Shown here in pieces: positions 63,768-64,000 of a stretch of DNA of 64,000 nt; position 1 is the first letter of the stretch; each line of letters begins with the position of its first letter. The notes under the pieces are model-generated. The model was not told where the DNA came from and made no database searches. It saw nothing but the letters and a program-made list of their open reading frames with translations. Source of the DNA: Minisyncoccota bacterium (lineage in GTDB: Bacteria > Patescibacteriota > Minisyncoccia > Phycocordibacterales > UBA9973); assembly GCA_041659205.1 (NCBI GenBank), contig JBAZYS010000001.1, positions 123,166 to 187,165 on the forward strand, given 5' to 3'. The translations under genes and the position numbers were made by a program.

Positions 63768-64000
63768 TTAGATAGATTTTACTTTTACTGAATTCTTTTT
63801 TTCTTTGTCTACTTTTCTGATTTTGATAGTTACGAGGCCGTGTCTTTCTGTTGCTTCTACTTGTTCGGGTTCTACTTCCGCAGGAAGGGAGATAGTACGA
63901 GAAAATTTACCCCAGTAGAGTTCTTTTGTAAAATAATTCTCTTCATCTATATTTCTATTTTCTTCACGCTGTCCTCGGATGGTGATGATATCTCGAGCGA
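63768..64000 (-). CDS. Hsp20/alpha-crystallin-family small heat-shock protein, C-terminal part only (the N-terminus lies beyond the window end).
   Basis: The minus-strand translation ...GKFSRTISLPAEVEPEQVEATERHGLVTIKIRKVDKE matches the conserved sHSP C-terminal region (F.R.F.LP..VD...I.A.Y.NGVL.I.LPK). Confidence 0.7.
   Translation of the reverse strand, partial: ARDIITIRGQREENRNIDEENYFTKELYWGKFSRTISLPAEVEPEQVEATERHGLVTIKIRKVDKEKKNSVKVKSI

Noticed and set aside
1-64000. CRISPR arrays, rRNA genes, integrases and restriction-modification systems.
   Set aside because: No short regularly spaced direct repeats and no rRNA-like conserved stretches were found. No ORF has recognisable integrase, transposase or methyltransferase motifs.

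Overview
This 64 kb window is gene-dense and has low GC (roughly one third), with locally GC-richer islands. Its content fits a small-genome, possibly episymbiotic bacterium of the Patescibacteria/CPR type; that placement is inference from composition and gene content, not from any search.

The region is dominated by very large secreted repeat proteins:
- Two paralogous YVTN beta-propeller giants (5'-partial ..4589 and 9350..13030) flank a 1568-aa Cys-rich multi-module membrane protein (4644..9350).
- A PD40-like propeller with a C-terminal peptidoglycan-binding domain lies at 27718..31056.
- A lamin-tail/PKD protein (45852..47297) sits beside a 1676-aa collagen-like fibre with a C-terminal S74 'intramolecular chaperone' auto-processing domain (47373..52403), followed by an ABC exporter.

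Housekeeping and metabolic modules include:
- a mannoside-phosphorylase-like cluster (nucleotidyltransferase, HAD phosphatase, PMI-type cupin and three GH130 domains);
- a minus-strand lepB-hisS-def-fmt operon, plus pth, dnaE, gap and dapF;
- a pentose-phosphate block (rpiB, rpe-like, split transketolase) and a PfkB kinase;
- lepA, an ftsB-like gene, and a glycerate-to-PEP block (2-hydroxyacid dehydrogenase, glycerate kinase, eno, ppsA).

RNA genes are RNase P RNA (minus strand) and five tRNAs: Ala-TGC, Asn-GTT, Gly-CCC, Arg-CCT and Phe-GAA. I found no rRNA, CRISPR array, transposase, integrase or reverse transcriptase.

The most interesting observations:
1. At least 12 genes carry a (TGn)TATAAT box 6-7 nt upstream of the ATG, which implies leaderless mRNAs. 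A few small GC-richer genes instead carry strong Shine-Dalgarno sites.
2. A 64-bp inverted-repeat pair (63/64 identical) brackets a 9.7 kb housekeeping segment.
3. A small islet next to the tRNAs contains SD-bearing zinc-ribbon and membrane-peptide ORFs and a duplicated tRNA-Ala 5' fragment.
4. There is a candidate ~80-nt sRNA with its own promoter and a strand-specific terminator.
5. The propeller and fibre proteins contain near-identical tandem coding repeats.
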